Position numbers and translations under genes: made by a program. The notes under the pieces are model-generated. The model was not told where the DNA came from, did not search any database, and worked only from the letters and a program-made list of their open reading frames with translations. 64,000 nt of DNA from Diadema antillarum (lineage: Eukaryota). The stretch covers positions 434,001 through 498,000 of the forward strand of contig NW_027271715.1 of assembly GCF_040938485.1 (NCBI RefSeq). Direction: 5' to 3'. Below are positions 13,101 through 26,766 of this stretch, in pieces. Within the stretch, counting starts at the first letter, position 1. Each line of letters starts with the position of its first letter.

Positions 13101-16100
13101 ACAATTTTAATGGTAGTTATATCGGCCTGCTAACCAGTTTACAATCTGTCAGACAAACATACGTACTGACAAAAACCTTCCATGAGGGATGAATCTTGTA
13201 TTGTTTTCATAATATGGAGAAAGAGTGAAATCAACCAACAAGTCCATCCACGGCAAATATTTGTGATTTTTAATACATTTTTATACCTTTACGTTTACTA
13301 CAACTACTTCTGATCAGGTTCATATATTTTATTTTATCTCCATAACTTGTCCGGACGCCACTACGAGCTGTGCTGGTGTTTTCGTGATTGACGTACGTGT
13401 TGTACGTTGGTCACCTTCGGTTTGTGTTGTGATGCCTATTATCTTTACCACTTGGAATTCCGGAGAGAGTTATTCTTTCTCTTTTTTTTTCGGAGAAAAA
13501 AGGACCCAATATATGACCACGTAAATGCACATCATTCCAGCCCCGTTGGCGAACAGATAAGTTCTGGAATTACATTACTTGATGTGACGTCACTGCAAGT
13601 AATTTACCGATTTCCATCCTTGCTGCATTAGTCACGGTCATGATCACATGATTGCAATACGACCAATCCCAGACCAGAATTTCTTCCCTTGAACATTCAA
13701 ATTTAGTATTTATACCATTACAACTGTGTCACTGCTGAAGAATAGTTTTCCGGTCGTCTTATCCCGCTAGCGATTTTTTTTTCCGTAACCCTAACGCGTC
13801 GAAATTGCCAATTGTCTCACTTGAGCAAAGACTATCAGTGTACAAGTTAAAATAAAATAAATAATATATAAATAAATAAATAAATAAAAAATGAAAAAAA
13901 TGAAGATTCTTGCGGGGTAGAGATGCTGCCTGTATGAGTTACAATCCATCATGGAGTTTTCAGGAAAAAGTCCAAAAAAAAAAAAAAAACTGAGAAGACG
14001 TAGAACGGAAAAGGCAAGAATGAATGATCGCGATGGTCCACTTGAGTAACATATCTCTTGATTATTGATGGTATCAAAAATTGCACTATAGTCTTATCAA
14101 ATTTTCCGCAACCCACTAAACGGTGGCTACGTTATAGTAACTGATAAAACTGCGTTCATGTGTAATAATACGCTTTAATATAATATACTTCACGGATATC
14201 ACATGCTGAAAATCTAGATGAATCAATAACCTGAAAATACATATACAAGTGTACATGTATTACGGATTAATCCATTAATGAAACTTACATATTCTGTTGA
14301 GGAATCACTCTGTCCTTCAGAATTGCATATCAGTTTACGTGATCAGGAGAATGCGCGCAAATTATTGTATCTTGCTTGAATACCTGAAAAGGAAAATCAA
14401 GTGTCATGAGTTCAAGGCCACTGTTCATGCGTGTGTAATAATTTTGCAGAAGAGCTAACTTATGTAAATGTGACTACATAACTCTCTCCATGGCAGCTTA
14501 ATGTATAGTTCAATTTTTATGCACTGCCTTGCTGCATACAGGGTGAACTTAAGTCTACCACTAACACTACCTGACTACAGAGAATTATCCCAGCATAAAG
14601 ATAAGCGTGCAATGTTTGCCATTATAAGTTCAGTTAGTACACTAGTCTATTTATCCATGAGTTTATCAACAATTATTCATCAACTTCAGTTCCGTTCCTT
14701 TTATTCGTTATTAATCAAATGTGGTATGGCACGACGCGATGTATTATCCTTGGGGATGTGTGTTTGTGTGTGTGTGGGGGGGGGGGGTGGCGTAAAGGTT
14801 ATGTTAAGGATACACTTCCTATAGGAATATCCGATTCCACGTTTTCTTAACTATTTTGTTTTGTTGTTGATCGGTAAATATAAAGAATTACTTGAAATTT
14901 GTGATTATGTATGTGTTCACAGTATTGTGAGTATAAATTATGCTTGTATAATTGTGTATGTAGTAAAAATTGTATCATTTATAATGTGTACATGTACATG
15001 AATATATGTGAGTTTGTGCATGTATGTAGATATTCCTATGTGCACGCCCATGTACCAACAAAAAGAATTTCCTAAATGAACAATAGATGAATCTGAAATC
15101 TGAAATCGGAATGCCATGACGTCTTTAGCAAGGCATTTTATCGCTAAAGCTGCTCTAATTCCACAGAATGGTTACGAAACAAAACAAAATAGAACAGAAA
15201 ACAGCACGCATAAAACTAGCCAGTTTTAACAGAACTCTAAAATGAACATTTTGATATTACTGCCTGCAAGCCTACATTATAAGACATGGCTATACAACCA
15301 AAAACATAACAGATACAAGAAATTTGATGAAGGGTAATATCGAGAGTAAGGCCTTGGTCGAGAACATTGTGGATATTTCAAATCATGCTTAACGATGATG
15401 TTTTAACTCACCATTTTCCACGTGGTAGGAATCTGCGGGGTCTTGATATTATGAAGTGGACAAAATAATTTTGAAGTCAGAGTTGCAGTAAGCCGCTACG
15501 AAAAGCCTCAGAAGAGCTGATCTGCTATGGAAATGGAATTTGCGCTAGATGCTCAGCTCAAACACGCATGAACGAGCTGTACAATGAGCCATCTGGGAGT
15601 CAACTTATGTGCACATAAGTTTGCACGACTCAACAATTCATTGAATTCATAAATCATGTTCAAGAAAAGAATGAACATGCCCACACCAGGTGACCAAATT
15701 ACTGGGTCCGTGAATTGACACTCTAGGAAACATCCATGTCATTATTTTGCATCGAATGTATTCTATGGATTAATAGGCGTTTTAAAAAAAATTTCCACTT
15801 TTGATTCTTAATAATTCAGTAACTATATATCAGATAACACTATCATTGATATGGGAGATAGTTGTATAGTGTACAATTTCGTTGGAGGTGGTTTAAAACA
15901 CAAATCAGTTTCATGAAATCCATGATCAATTTCACAGTTAGGTTACAGATTTTGCTCTATTTCCAACCCTGTGTACAAAATTTTCACTTTACACAGGGGT
16001 CAATGGGTGTGTATGGGAGTATGTGGTTAACACCCTGACATTGGTGTTGAACAATAGCCAGGGTTTTAATGCTTTATTATTTATTCATGAGAAATTCCAC

Positions 16101-19100
16101 TATCACAGCTAGTCTTTATTCATTCTAAAATGTGGTGTTTGCAAGCACACGGAAACATGTGCTTACATTTTTCATGTGCGTGCATTTTACCCTTAGGCTT
16201 TACCGTGCATGAATCCATGAAAAAAAAAGGGGAAAAAATCAACCCTTAAAAATAAATCGTGTAGTTTGCACCCTTATATATCCGCGAGTTTGCTCTCTAA
16301 ATGATTTTAGTTTATCATTTCCTTTACGTTTACTTAATAAAATATGCATACATAAAATGTGACAATGGTATGAATAAAATGACAATGTGACAAACAAACA
16401 AAGCAAACAAACAGCAAAAGATATCAAGTGAAGGGGTGAGTGAGAAGGCAATTGGCCTTATTGAAAACTAATCCCGGAAAAGTAAATACATTGTATATAC
16501 AGAGAAAAACATTGGCACACACACACACACAAACACACACACACTCACACATACACACACATGCATACACAGACAAAAACATGGACCAGTGCATATTAGC
16601 AATACACAAGATGTCATTTTCACAAACACACCCTATCTTGCTAGTCTCTTATAAATTCGTAAAATGATATTGGTAACTTCCAGAAAACCTTTCAAGTAAA
16701 ATACGTTTTAAAGCTTCCTTTAAACTTTGTACCGTTTTCTTACATTTCACATCAGAGTGGATGGAATTCCAGATTTGAGGGCCTTGAAAAAATATTGACT
16801 TTTTTTTTCTGTCCCGAGATCGAGTCGCAACGAAAATCTTTAGCGTGTAGTAGGGTTTGATTCCATCATCGCACAGTAAGCATGCAGGGAATGCTGTGAC
16901 ATATTCCATTTCGATTGGTCAATACCAGACGAGCAGTCAAGTATTCTTCGTTAGCTTGTTCGCAGACCCTTTCATCAAAGACTCAACTTCATTTAAAGAT
17001 GCTCCGATGAATGATTATGAAATTATGGGAGAACATCAAGTTTTATGATGTCTTTAAAAATTCATGTACATAGTAGCACCACGACGGTATGCAATATTGT
17101 ATTCAAGTGTCAATCAACACCATATGGGTCTTTCTTTGAGACTTGTTATGGGCTCAATATTGCACCTCAGCAAGAATGAACCACAAACAGGAAGATATGT
17201 CTTTGTAATGGTAATTACGTTTCGACATCCCTAACAATAAGAGATAGGTTAGGTGAATGTTAAAGACACGGGGATACACGAATAGAAATTGCTCAAAAAA
17301 ATGAAATAAAACGAACATTATTCTAATAGGCATGCCTGGGCAGTAATCTGATGTTCCTATTGATAGAGAATTCTATTTGAAGATTCATATCAGTTTGCTT
17401 TGTCAGAATCATGAGGAAAAGTGATAAAATAAACCGGCTATCCAGGGTACAGTTTAAACACTTTCACATGAAACAGCTCTGATTAACACTTTTGCACGAT
17501 AATATTTCTGTTCAGAATTGACTTTTGTTTTATATGTTTTTATCTTAAAGTTTAGGATTTCATTTGAAGCAAAATATAGCCAAAATTATGTAAACGTCCA
17601 AAATGAATCTTCAGATTGCTCAGTGAGACGGCGGCATCCAATCCCGATCAGCGAAGGCACAAATGCACCTGTGGAATTGTTTTGTACAGCAATAGAAATC
17701 TGACGACTATTTGAATAATTACATCCAGTTGGAACTTCATCTGTTAAACCTCCTAGGTTATGTGTACAATGTGATTGGTCAATACCAGACAAGCAATCAA
17801 GTATTCTACTTTTGTTTTTTTAGTAGACCCCTTTCATCATGGACTCAACTTAATTTGAAAATATACTCTCGATGAATGATTATAGAATATGAAAGATATT
17901 TAAGTTTCCTGATATCAAAAAATATATGTTCATAATATCAGCACAAGGATATGTAATATTGCATTTTAGTGCCGAGCAACACCATAGGATGGCCTTTGTT
18001 TTGAGACTAGTTTGGGGCGTAATATTGCACCGTCAATGACCGTGGCAAGATCGAACCCAAAATGAACCATATAAGAAGCAAAGTTCCACCATTTTCTCAA
18101 ATCGTGTAGTTTGCACCCATTTTCGCGACTTCGAACCCTTCTAGCTCCCTTATTGAACCTTTTTTTCTTCGTGTGTACGCGGCAGCCTCAAAAGTGGAGT
18201 GAGCGTCAGGTGGTGTCCGTTGACAAGCCACGAATGATTTTATTTTATTTTTTTTTTTGGGGGGGGGGGTAGGATAATAGTGCTGCTTGATATAATGATG
18301 TGTACATAGGCCGCGAGGTAAAAGAAATTTCATTTCAATTCAATTAAATTCGATTTTATTGTCCGTTTCTGGAAATTTGTTTTGTTAGCATGCATACAAG
18401 TTACATCGATACATACAATATACAGAGCACACGTTTAACTCATGGATACATAGACATGATAAACACACAAGAGATATACAGCAATACAATGTCAATGTCA
18501 TTGTCAGAAATATATAACATTAAAGACATATTAATCTGTATAAATCAACGTTGTGTTGGGTGTGGTGTGCATTAACATACACAAGTGTGTAAATATGTAT
18601 CAGATTTATAATAACTATATAAAACTTTTAAACAATATAAATTAATACATCTTTACGTCTAAATAAGTGATTGTATATATAAAAATCTCGAAGGCTTTTT
18701 ACGTGCGTGTGTGTGCGTGTATATGTGTATACGTGTGTGAACGTACAAAAATGTAAGTCTATGTTTTTTGACAAAAACCGTATAAATTACATCCATACGA
18801 TTGTTCTTTTGTTTTTGTTTTACAACAGCTGAGATAGTGTATGATATAGTAATTTGCTAGTCAACTGTTAGGATGGCGTTCACAGCTGTCTGTGAAGGGT
18901 TAGTGTATAGGATCGCATTTGTATAAACATAAAAAAAATCTACGGTTTAAAGATGTTAAAAGCAATGACAGTATTCAATGAAACATTGTGCCAACATCCA
19001 TGTGATGTTTACATGAATGGTTAGTCCAGCGTGGCACGACATAACTACGTGCATGTGAAGGTTGAGCCAACATTGGTTCGAAACCAAGATGTTGACTCCA

Positions 19101-22100
19101 CTAGGAATTAATCACCTACACAGTGTTCAAAAATTCATTCTGCCCCCTCCCCCGCAGAAAAGTGGTGTTTTGATGTGCTCGTCACTTAATTTATGAAGAG
19201 TATTTTGATAATTTTCTCCTTCGTAGGCATTTGTAAAGATATCATTGAGAAATTTATTTGAAATGTATTTTCCATGATGTTTTGATGAAGTAATAGAACT
19301 CATGTCACAGAGGTTATTTGTAAAATATTTGGAGTGATTACTAAAGAGGATGAATTTAAAATGGAATACAAACATGTATTTTAAAGGTCCTGATTACCGT
19401 TGAGAACAGTGTTTTAAAAAATGTTCAAGATATCACTTTTGATGCATGTGTAGGTCATTCCACATCCCACCATATAAAACGTTTTCAATAAAGAATGAAA
19501 TATAAGGAGATATCACTATTTTTCTCACTAAACCATAACTGTAGACGGTTTAATCTGGAAACATTTTTATTATAATTATTGTACACATTTTGTATATCTA
19601 AAAATACATAACATCGATGATAATGGTTCAAATATTTACATTGGTTGTTTCTATCCCTAACGCACATTTAAGAACTACTTTGAAGCACCAATGCTGGGTT
19701 TTTGTTTCATATGCAAAAGGTAAATGATGCCTTTACGTTAGAATATGAAATTTTGCATACATGTACTTTCTTTTCTATTCTCTTGTATAGGAAGTCGCTG
19801 GAAACGTCATAGATTGCCTGATTTTCTTGATCGATTATAATTTGTTGAAAATTAGAATGATACCTTTCTTAAGAAAGTTTTCCTCAATCTTTAACCAATA
19901 ATATTTTCTTATTTGCCAAGGGTTTTTTTTTTAAGAAGTTATCTTTAGTTTGGACTTCCCCTTACTTTAGGTTTCAGACCTGTAAATTCATCTATTTCAA
20001 TGTTTGACGTTGTATCTCAGATCAGCAGAAGTTGTCGATTTCTACAGCCTGGATGCATTAGGATGCGTGCAGAAAATGCACAGAAATTGGTTAGGAAAAA
20101 CATATATCACTAATACTAAAGTAGTCATATGAGCGGTTGAATTGGCAGAAAGGGATGGAACAAACTTTATGAACATCTCAGCTAGCAGACGGAGGTCAAA
20201 AAGACGTCTCAATTTGGTCGCAACTACATGGTCAAAGTTGTCGCAAGTCTGAAAATGACCAGAAAATGACGTGATTTCACCGTCTCTTTGAAACGAATTT
20301 ATCACGTCATGTTATGGACCTCCTGATGTGTTACGTCAGTTTTGCGACGTATTTGTGACCCGCTACAACAAAATGATCCTAAAGTCGGGCGAGGTCGATT
20401 ATTTGAAAATTGCATGACACAATTACCTAATCGTTCTGCTTTAAATTGATATATAACACGTCTAATAAAAATAATCGGTAGCGGAGATATCGATGTATGA
20501 AAGAGAGCATATCAAGACGTCTGGGAAATCACTGTTTCGAGAAAAGCGCCCTAAAAGTTCTCCTTGCGACGCAATCACAATCAAGAAACACGCAAGTCAG
20601 TATTCACCTCCGGACAATAGAAGTTAAGCCCTAGCAACCCCCGAAATGCTCATTCAAACACAGCGTCGGCGGTCTCCTCACCGACCAATCAGTGACCAGG
20701 ATGTCAGGAGAAGCGGCTAGGCATATCGCAACCCGCCCGCACGCACCAGTCGACTGGGCAGTGTGCGAGCTTCAAGCTTCGGTTAGCGGCAAGCAGCAAA
20801 CTGACCAATGAGATCACTCTGGTCGTTTTTAGGGGCGGAGCCTATGTGTGGCGCTCAATCCAAATGTTCGAACCAGTTTCTGCTTCGTTGTATCGCCAAA
20901 AAAACATGGCCCAGAAAAACGCTATTTTTTGGTCTTTCCTTTCATTATTTTGCTTCAAAATTTCGACAGATGATAGAAGACATGTCAGACTCTAATAATA
21001 TGTCAAATTCAGAAAATCGTAAGTTTTGACCAATTTTGATGCTCTAACTTCAAACTCGATTTTCACGGCTTCGACCGTGCGCGACTTTAGGACCATTTTG
21101 TTGTAGCGGGTCACATTTATTACCTAATATTGGTGACATATTGATGACGTAAAATTTACGTCAATTTTGCGACGTAAATTTTACGTCATAAACACGTATT
21201 AATGACGCAATCTACGTTGGTTTGCAACGTATTCATAGCGTTATTTAAATGACGTCTTAATACCGTAATACATACTTTGTTTTACAACACATTTATGATG
21301 TCATAAGAGCGACGTATTAACGTGAAATTTTCTTCAGTTTTGCGACGTATTTATGACGTCATATTAGCGACGAACTAAAGACGTAAAATTCATGTCAATT
21401 TTGTGACGTATTCACGTCGTATTTACGACGCATAAGTGAAGTAAAATTTACGTTGCTTTGCAATGCATTTATCACGTCATATTAATGACGTATTATAACG
21501 TGAAATTTAGGCTACATTGTTTTGGGACGTATTTATGACGTTATATTAGCGACATGTGAACGTTATGTTCCCGTCAGTTTTGCGACGTCTTTATGACGTC
21601 ATTTTATTAGGCCTACGAATAGTTTTATAGAGTTATATTGGTTTGCTTTGCAACGTATTTATCACATCATATTAATGACGCATTATAACGTTAAATTTAC
21701 GTTGATTTGCGCAATATTTATGACGTTATATTAACGACATGTGAACGTTATGTTCACGTCAGTTCTGTGATGTCTTTATGACGTCATATTATTAGGCCTA
21801 CGAATTATAGTTTTGTGGAGTTATATCAGCTTGTTTTGCAACGTATTTATCACGCCATATTAATGACGTATTATAACGTGAAATTTAGGCTACATTGTTT
21901 TGGGACGTATTTATGACGTTATATAAGCGAAATATGAACGTTATGTTCACGTCAGTTTTGCGACGTCTTTGTGACGTCATAATTAGGCCTACGAATTATA
22001 GAGTGTTATAGTTATATCAGTTTGCTTTGCAACGCGTTTAACGTTAAATTTACGTTGTTTTGCGACGTATCTATAACGTTGCATTAGCGACGTATTAACG

Positions 22101-25100
22101 TTATGTCCACGTCAATTTTGCGACGTCTTTATGACGTCATTTTATTATGCCTACGAATAGTTTTATAGAGTTATATTGGTTTGCTTTGCAACGTATTTAT
22201 CACATCATATTAATGACGCATTATAACGTTAAATTTACGTTGATTTGCGACATATTTATGACGTTATATTAACGACATGTGAACGTTATGTTCACGTCAG
22301 TTCTGTGATGTCTTTATGACGTCATATAATTAGGCCTACGAATTATAGTTTTGTAGAGTTATATCAGCTTGTTTTGCAACGTATTTATCACGCCATATTA
22401 ATGACGTATAACGTGAAATTTAGGCTACATTGTTTTGGGACGTATTTATGACGTTATATTAGCGAAATATGAACGTTATGTTCACGTCAGTTTTGCGACG
22501 TCTTTGTGACGTCATAATTAGGCCTACGAATTATAGTGTTATAGTTATATCAGTTTGCTTTGCAACGCGTTTAACGTTAAATTTACGTTGTTTTGCGACG
22601 TATCTATAACGTTGCATTAGCGACGTATTAACGTTATGTCCACGTCAATTTTGCGACGTCTTTATGACGTCATTTTATTATGCCTACGAATAGTTTTACA
22701 GAGTTATATTGGTTTGCTTTGCAACGTATTTATCACGTCATATTAATGACGCATTATAACGTTAAATTTACGTTGTTTTGCGACGTATTTATGACGTTAT
22801 ATTAACGACATATGAACGTTATGTTCACGTCAGTTTTGCGACGTCTTCATGACGTCATATAATCAGGTCTACGAATTATAGTTTTGTAGAGTTATATTAG
22901 TTTGTTTTGCAACGTATTTATCACGTCATATCAATGACGTATTATGACGTTAAATTTACGTTGTTTTGTGACGTATTTATGACGTTATATTAGCGACATA
23001 TTAACGTTATGTTTACGTAAGTTTTTCGACGTCTTTATAACGTCATATAATTAGGCCTACTAATTATAGAGTTTTATAGAGTTATATCAGTTTGCTTTGC
23101 GACATACTGTCGTCAGAATGACGACATTATCACATCATTACTGTCGTCAGAAAGACGTCGAAATTGTCAACAATAAGACGATTTTTTTTTTCAAATGGAA
23201 GATATAAAAATGACGCCATTATTTAGACTTCAGAAAGGCGCAATAATTGTCGTTTGTTTAACGTAAATAAGCAAAGAAAGCAGACACCATTTAGACGTCT
23301 TAAACTGACGCCAGAAAGTCGTATTTCTGCTCAAATGGATGACGTCTAAAAGACGACATATTTGTGACGTCTTTCTGAGGTTTGGGTTGTTATATAAAGA
23401 CGTCATAAAGACGTGTAAATTACTAATTTAAAGACGAGACTGACGTCAAAAAATGTTTTAGACGAAAATAAACAAAGATACTGGACGTCAAATTAACGTT
23501 TCAAACTGACGTCAATATGTCGTATTTTTGCTCAAAGAGAAGTTGTCCAAAAGACGTCATTGGTGGTCAGATAAGAGTTGTCTTAATGACGTGTAGATCA
23601 CAATTCTAAAGACAAGATGTACGTCAGAACGTCATGAGCACGTCGTTTACACGTCAATTCATGACTTTTTAACGTATATTGGAAAAGAAAACAAGGAATA
23701 CATCTGAAAGACGCCTTTTTTTCAAGAACAAGGGAAATGGACGTGATTTTGACGTCATTTTGAAGTCGTGGCCAGTTGGTTTATCAGTATTTCAGTTTAA
23801 GATCAAATAAAGCGCTTGTGAGCACCTCAAGGTACAAATCATGATAAAAATCTAACCTACCCTACTCCTGCAAATGTCCTAAGCCTTATATCTACGTCTA
23901 CCACCTATTCATATATAGTTGCTAGCATTGTTGTATCACGTTTAAGGGGAAAAATTTGTAATGCTTTATGACATGGTTGCTAAACTAGGTCACAGGAGGC
24001 TCAAGCTTGAAATATATAAATATGTGTTCATAAAACACGCTGAAGTTTGAATAACAAACATTTTTTAAACAATAGAGTGCACAATTTCTGACACTTTTAT
24101 AATTATAACCAGAATGTTTACTTTTTCAGACATGAACAACGACCAGCTGTGACCTCGCTTTCATTTTCTTTCAGAATAACTCTTGATTACGATTTTTACG
24201 TTAGCATACACGAAACTTTGCAAGTAACGATATACTGCACACCTACCACACCCACACAAACACATAAACACACAAACACACAACACACATTGCACGCACT
24301 CGCACATACACACAAAGACACACACACAAAGTGCATGGAAGGTGCAATCATTGCACTTTCAGGCGCCCGCCCTCGAGTTTTCGGTGCAAAGAAAACACAC
24401 ACACACATTGCAACATTGCTGATAGATTCCGTACTTTTGTCCAGGCTTGGTATGGAGCTATATAGGACACCATAATATGATGGCTAACATCGTTTAAACG
24501 TATATCAGTTTCCTATAAATGCATATTATAAAAACGCGTAAGTAGCGTCTGTGACTCTGAACAGATGCTTGATGTTCCAACTTAATGAAAAGACCTTAAA
24601 TTTGGCTAATATCGGGTAGATTAATTTTCTTTTGGTTATCCTTCACCATTAGAATAAATGAAATTAATTTGTGCCAAATAACAACACATTATAAAACGAT
24701 CGTTTCAAGTCGCTTCCACAAATGCGTATTACTCATAAACTCATGAACCCACCTGGGAATCTGATACCAGTTAATGCCAGGTGATTGTTTCTATATCTAA
24801 TACATCGATCATGAAGTTTCATAAAAAGTTACGAGTATAACAAGAACTCGAGTTTTGGAGCGCGCTCGGTAACCAGCTAACACGTGTGAATGCGGCTAGT
24901 GTTCTTATAAACAAACAAACAAACAAACAAACAAATCAGTGTTTTAATATTCAATCATTTATCTTCATTATTTCATTGAATTGACTAACAATAAGGGTGC
25001 TAGGCCATGTGGGCATTGAAGGGAGGGATCGAGTAGGAATATATTGATAGTCGCATTCAATGCTTATTTAGACTGATGAAAATGATGAAGCTGAAAATAT

Positions 25101-26732
25101 GCAAGAGATTTCGTGAAGTTGTTGATGGATTGGTGACATGAAAAAAAAAGTATAGATAAGTGCAATATGGTGGAGGAAGATTGCTTGTGGTAATTTGTAT
25201 ACGATGGTAATACGAGTAGCAATCATGGTGATGATATAGATGATAAGATGACATCCAGTTGTGACATGATAGTAATGATGTTTATAGTCGATCCCACAGA
25301 ACTCTTTTCTGTGATCGATCCCTCAGTTTTATAATCTAATTGAAGCAATGATGGTAGTGATGATTGCTTGATATTAAAGGAAACCAAAACCCAAAAGAGC
25401 AATATGGATTGAGTGAACGCAGCAACATTAGTGAAAGTTTGAGGAAAATCCGACAATCGATGCAAAAATTATTCATTTTTATAGTTTTGGTGTTGTAATC
25501 ACTGGATAAGGAGACTACTAGAGTCCATGACGTCATGTGTGGACAACAATGTAAAGAAAACATGAAGAGAATTCCACAAAGAAATCATTTTTCATGAAAA
25601 TTACACATTCCATCAACTTAACTGATACTGACATAAGTTATGTTAAAGGCAGTTATCATTCCCCCTACTTTCTGAAAGCGGTTTTTATAGTATCCCCTTA
25701 TCCAGTTGTACCAACATCAAAACGTTAAAAATGCATAACTTTTGCATCTTTTACAATTGTGCGATTTTCCTTTAACTGTCACTGATGTGTTTTACTAATA
25801 TTGCTGCTTTCACTCAATCCACATTTCTCTTTGGGTTTGGGTTTCCTTCACTGATGGTCGTTTTGGTAGAGGTAACGAGGCACTTGATGAGGAGAACTAT
25901 AGGGTTGGCAATGATAAAGTGAACATAAAAAAATATAGACCTATATATCTATATTGATAGATCAATTCAAACCGTACGTGATATTAGAATGAAAATGAGT
26001 TGCTGTTTGCTTTATAAATGCTGTTTCAAAATGCCTTTATAAAGCTGATTGAATTAACATATCGATCGAAATCGATGATTACTCTCCCCCAGCTTCTCTT
26101 CCCTCCCCATCTTCATCTTGGATGTTAGTACATGAGAATTTAATCATATATCTTGATCTACATGAACCTGAACTAAAAAGGAGCCTACTACGCCTTTCTG
26201 AATCATTTTTTTTAAAGCACAATCATCGTGAGGTTGGAGAAGTATAAACCCAAATTAACCAAGTAGTGTATTCATGTTACCCAATTAGACCTAATGCCCA
26301 CTTCGAATCTGATTCTGCGTGGCTTAATAAACATGATCAATGTTAACAATAGCAATTGCTACAGTTGTACGCCTATATAGGCCTAGATAATACATATATC
26401 ATAATTCATTCCAAGCTTAGATTTCCAATTTACTTTTGCAAGATATTGATGAAAACTTCGAGTTTGCATCTTAACAACAATTTGTACTCCATGACTGAAT
26501 TTCTCTTTTCTAATGTTTTCATCGAGACACTCAGCGCTTAGAAACATTGTAATAAGCGCTTTATAAATGATATTTATTATTATCATTAACAACGCAAGTC
26601 TTGCGAGACAAAGGAAAAGTGTCAGCAGACGGCGAACAAAACCACAGGAATACCAGTAGTGTAAGCAGACGGCAAAGCAGAACGCGATGCCGATGGCGAA
26701 GTGGAAACACGCACACACACACAACACAACAC

Positions 26733-26766
<34 letters not shown>

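Noticed and set aside
21150-23100. Regular repeats as a CRISPR array
   Set aside because: Contiguous degenerate units with no unique spacers, eukaryotic context and no cas genes; this is a satellite.
24840-24905. Helitron/Helentron 3' end (palindrome plus CTAGT)
   Set aside because: The hairpin is weak and no matching 5' end was found.
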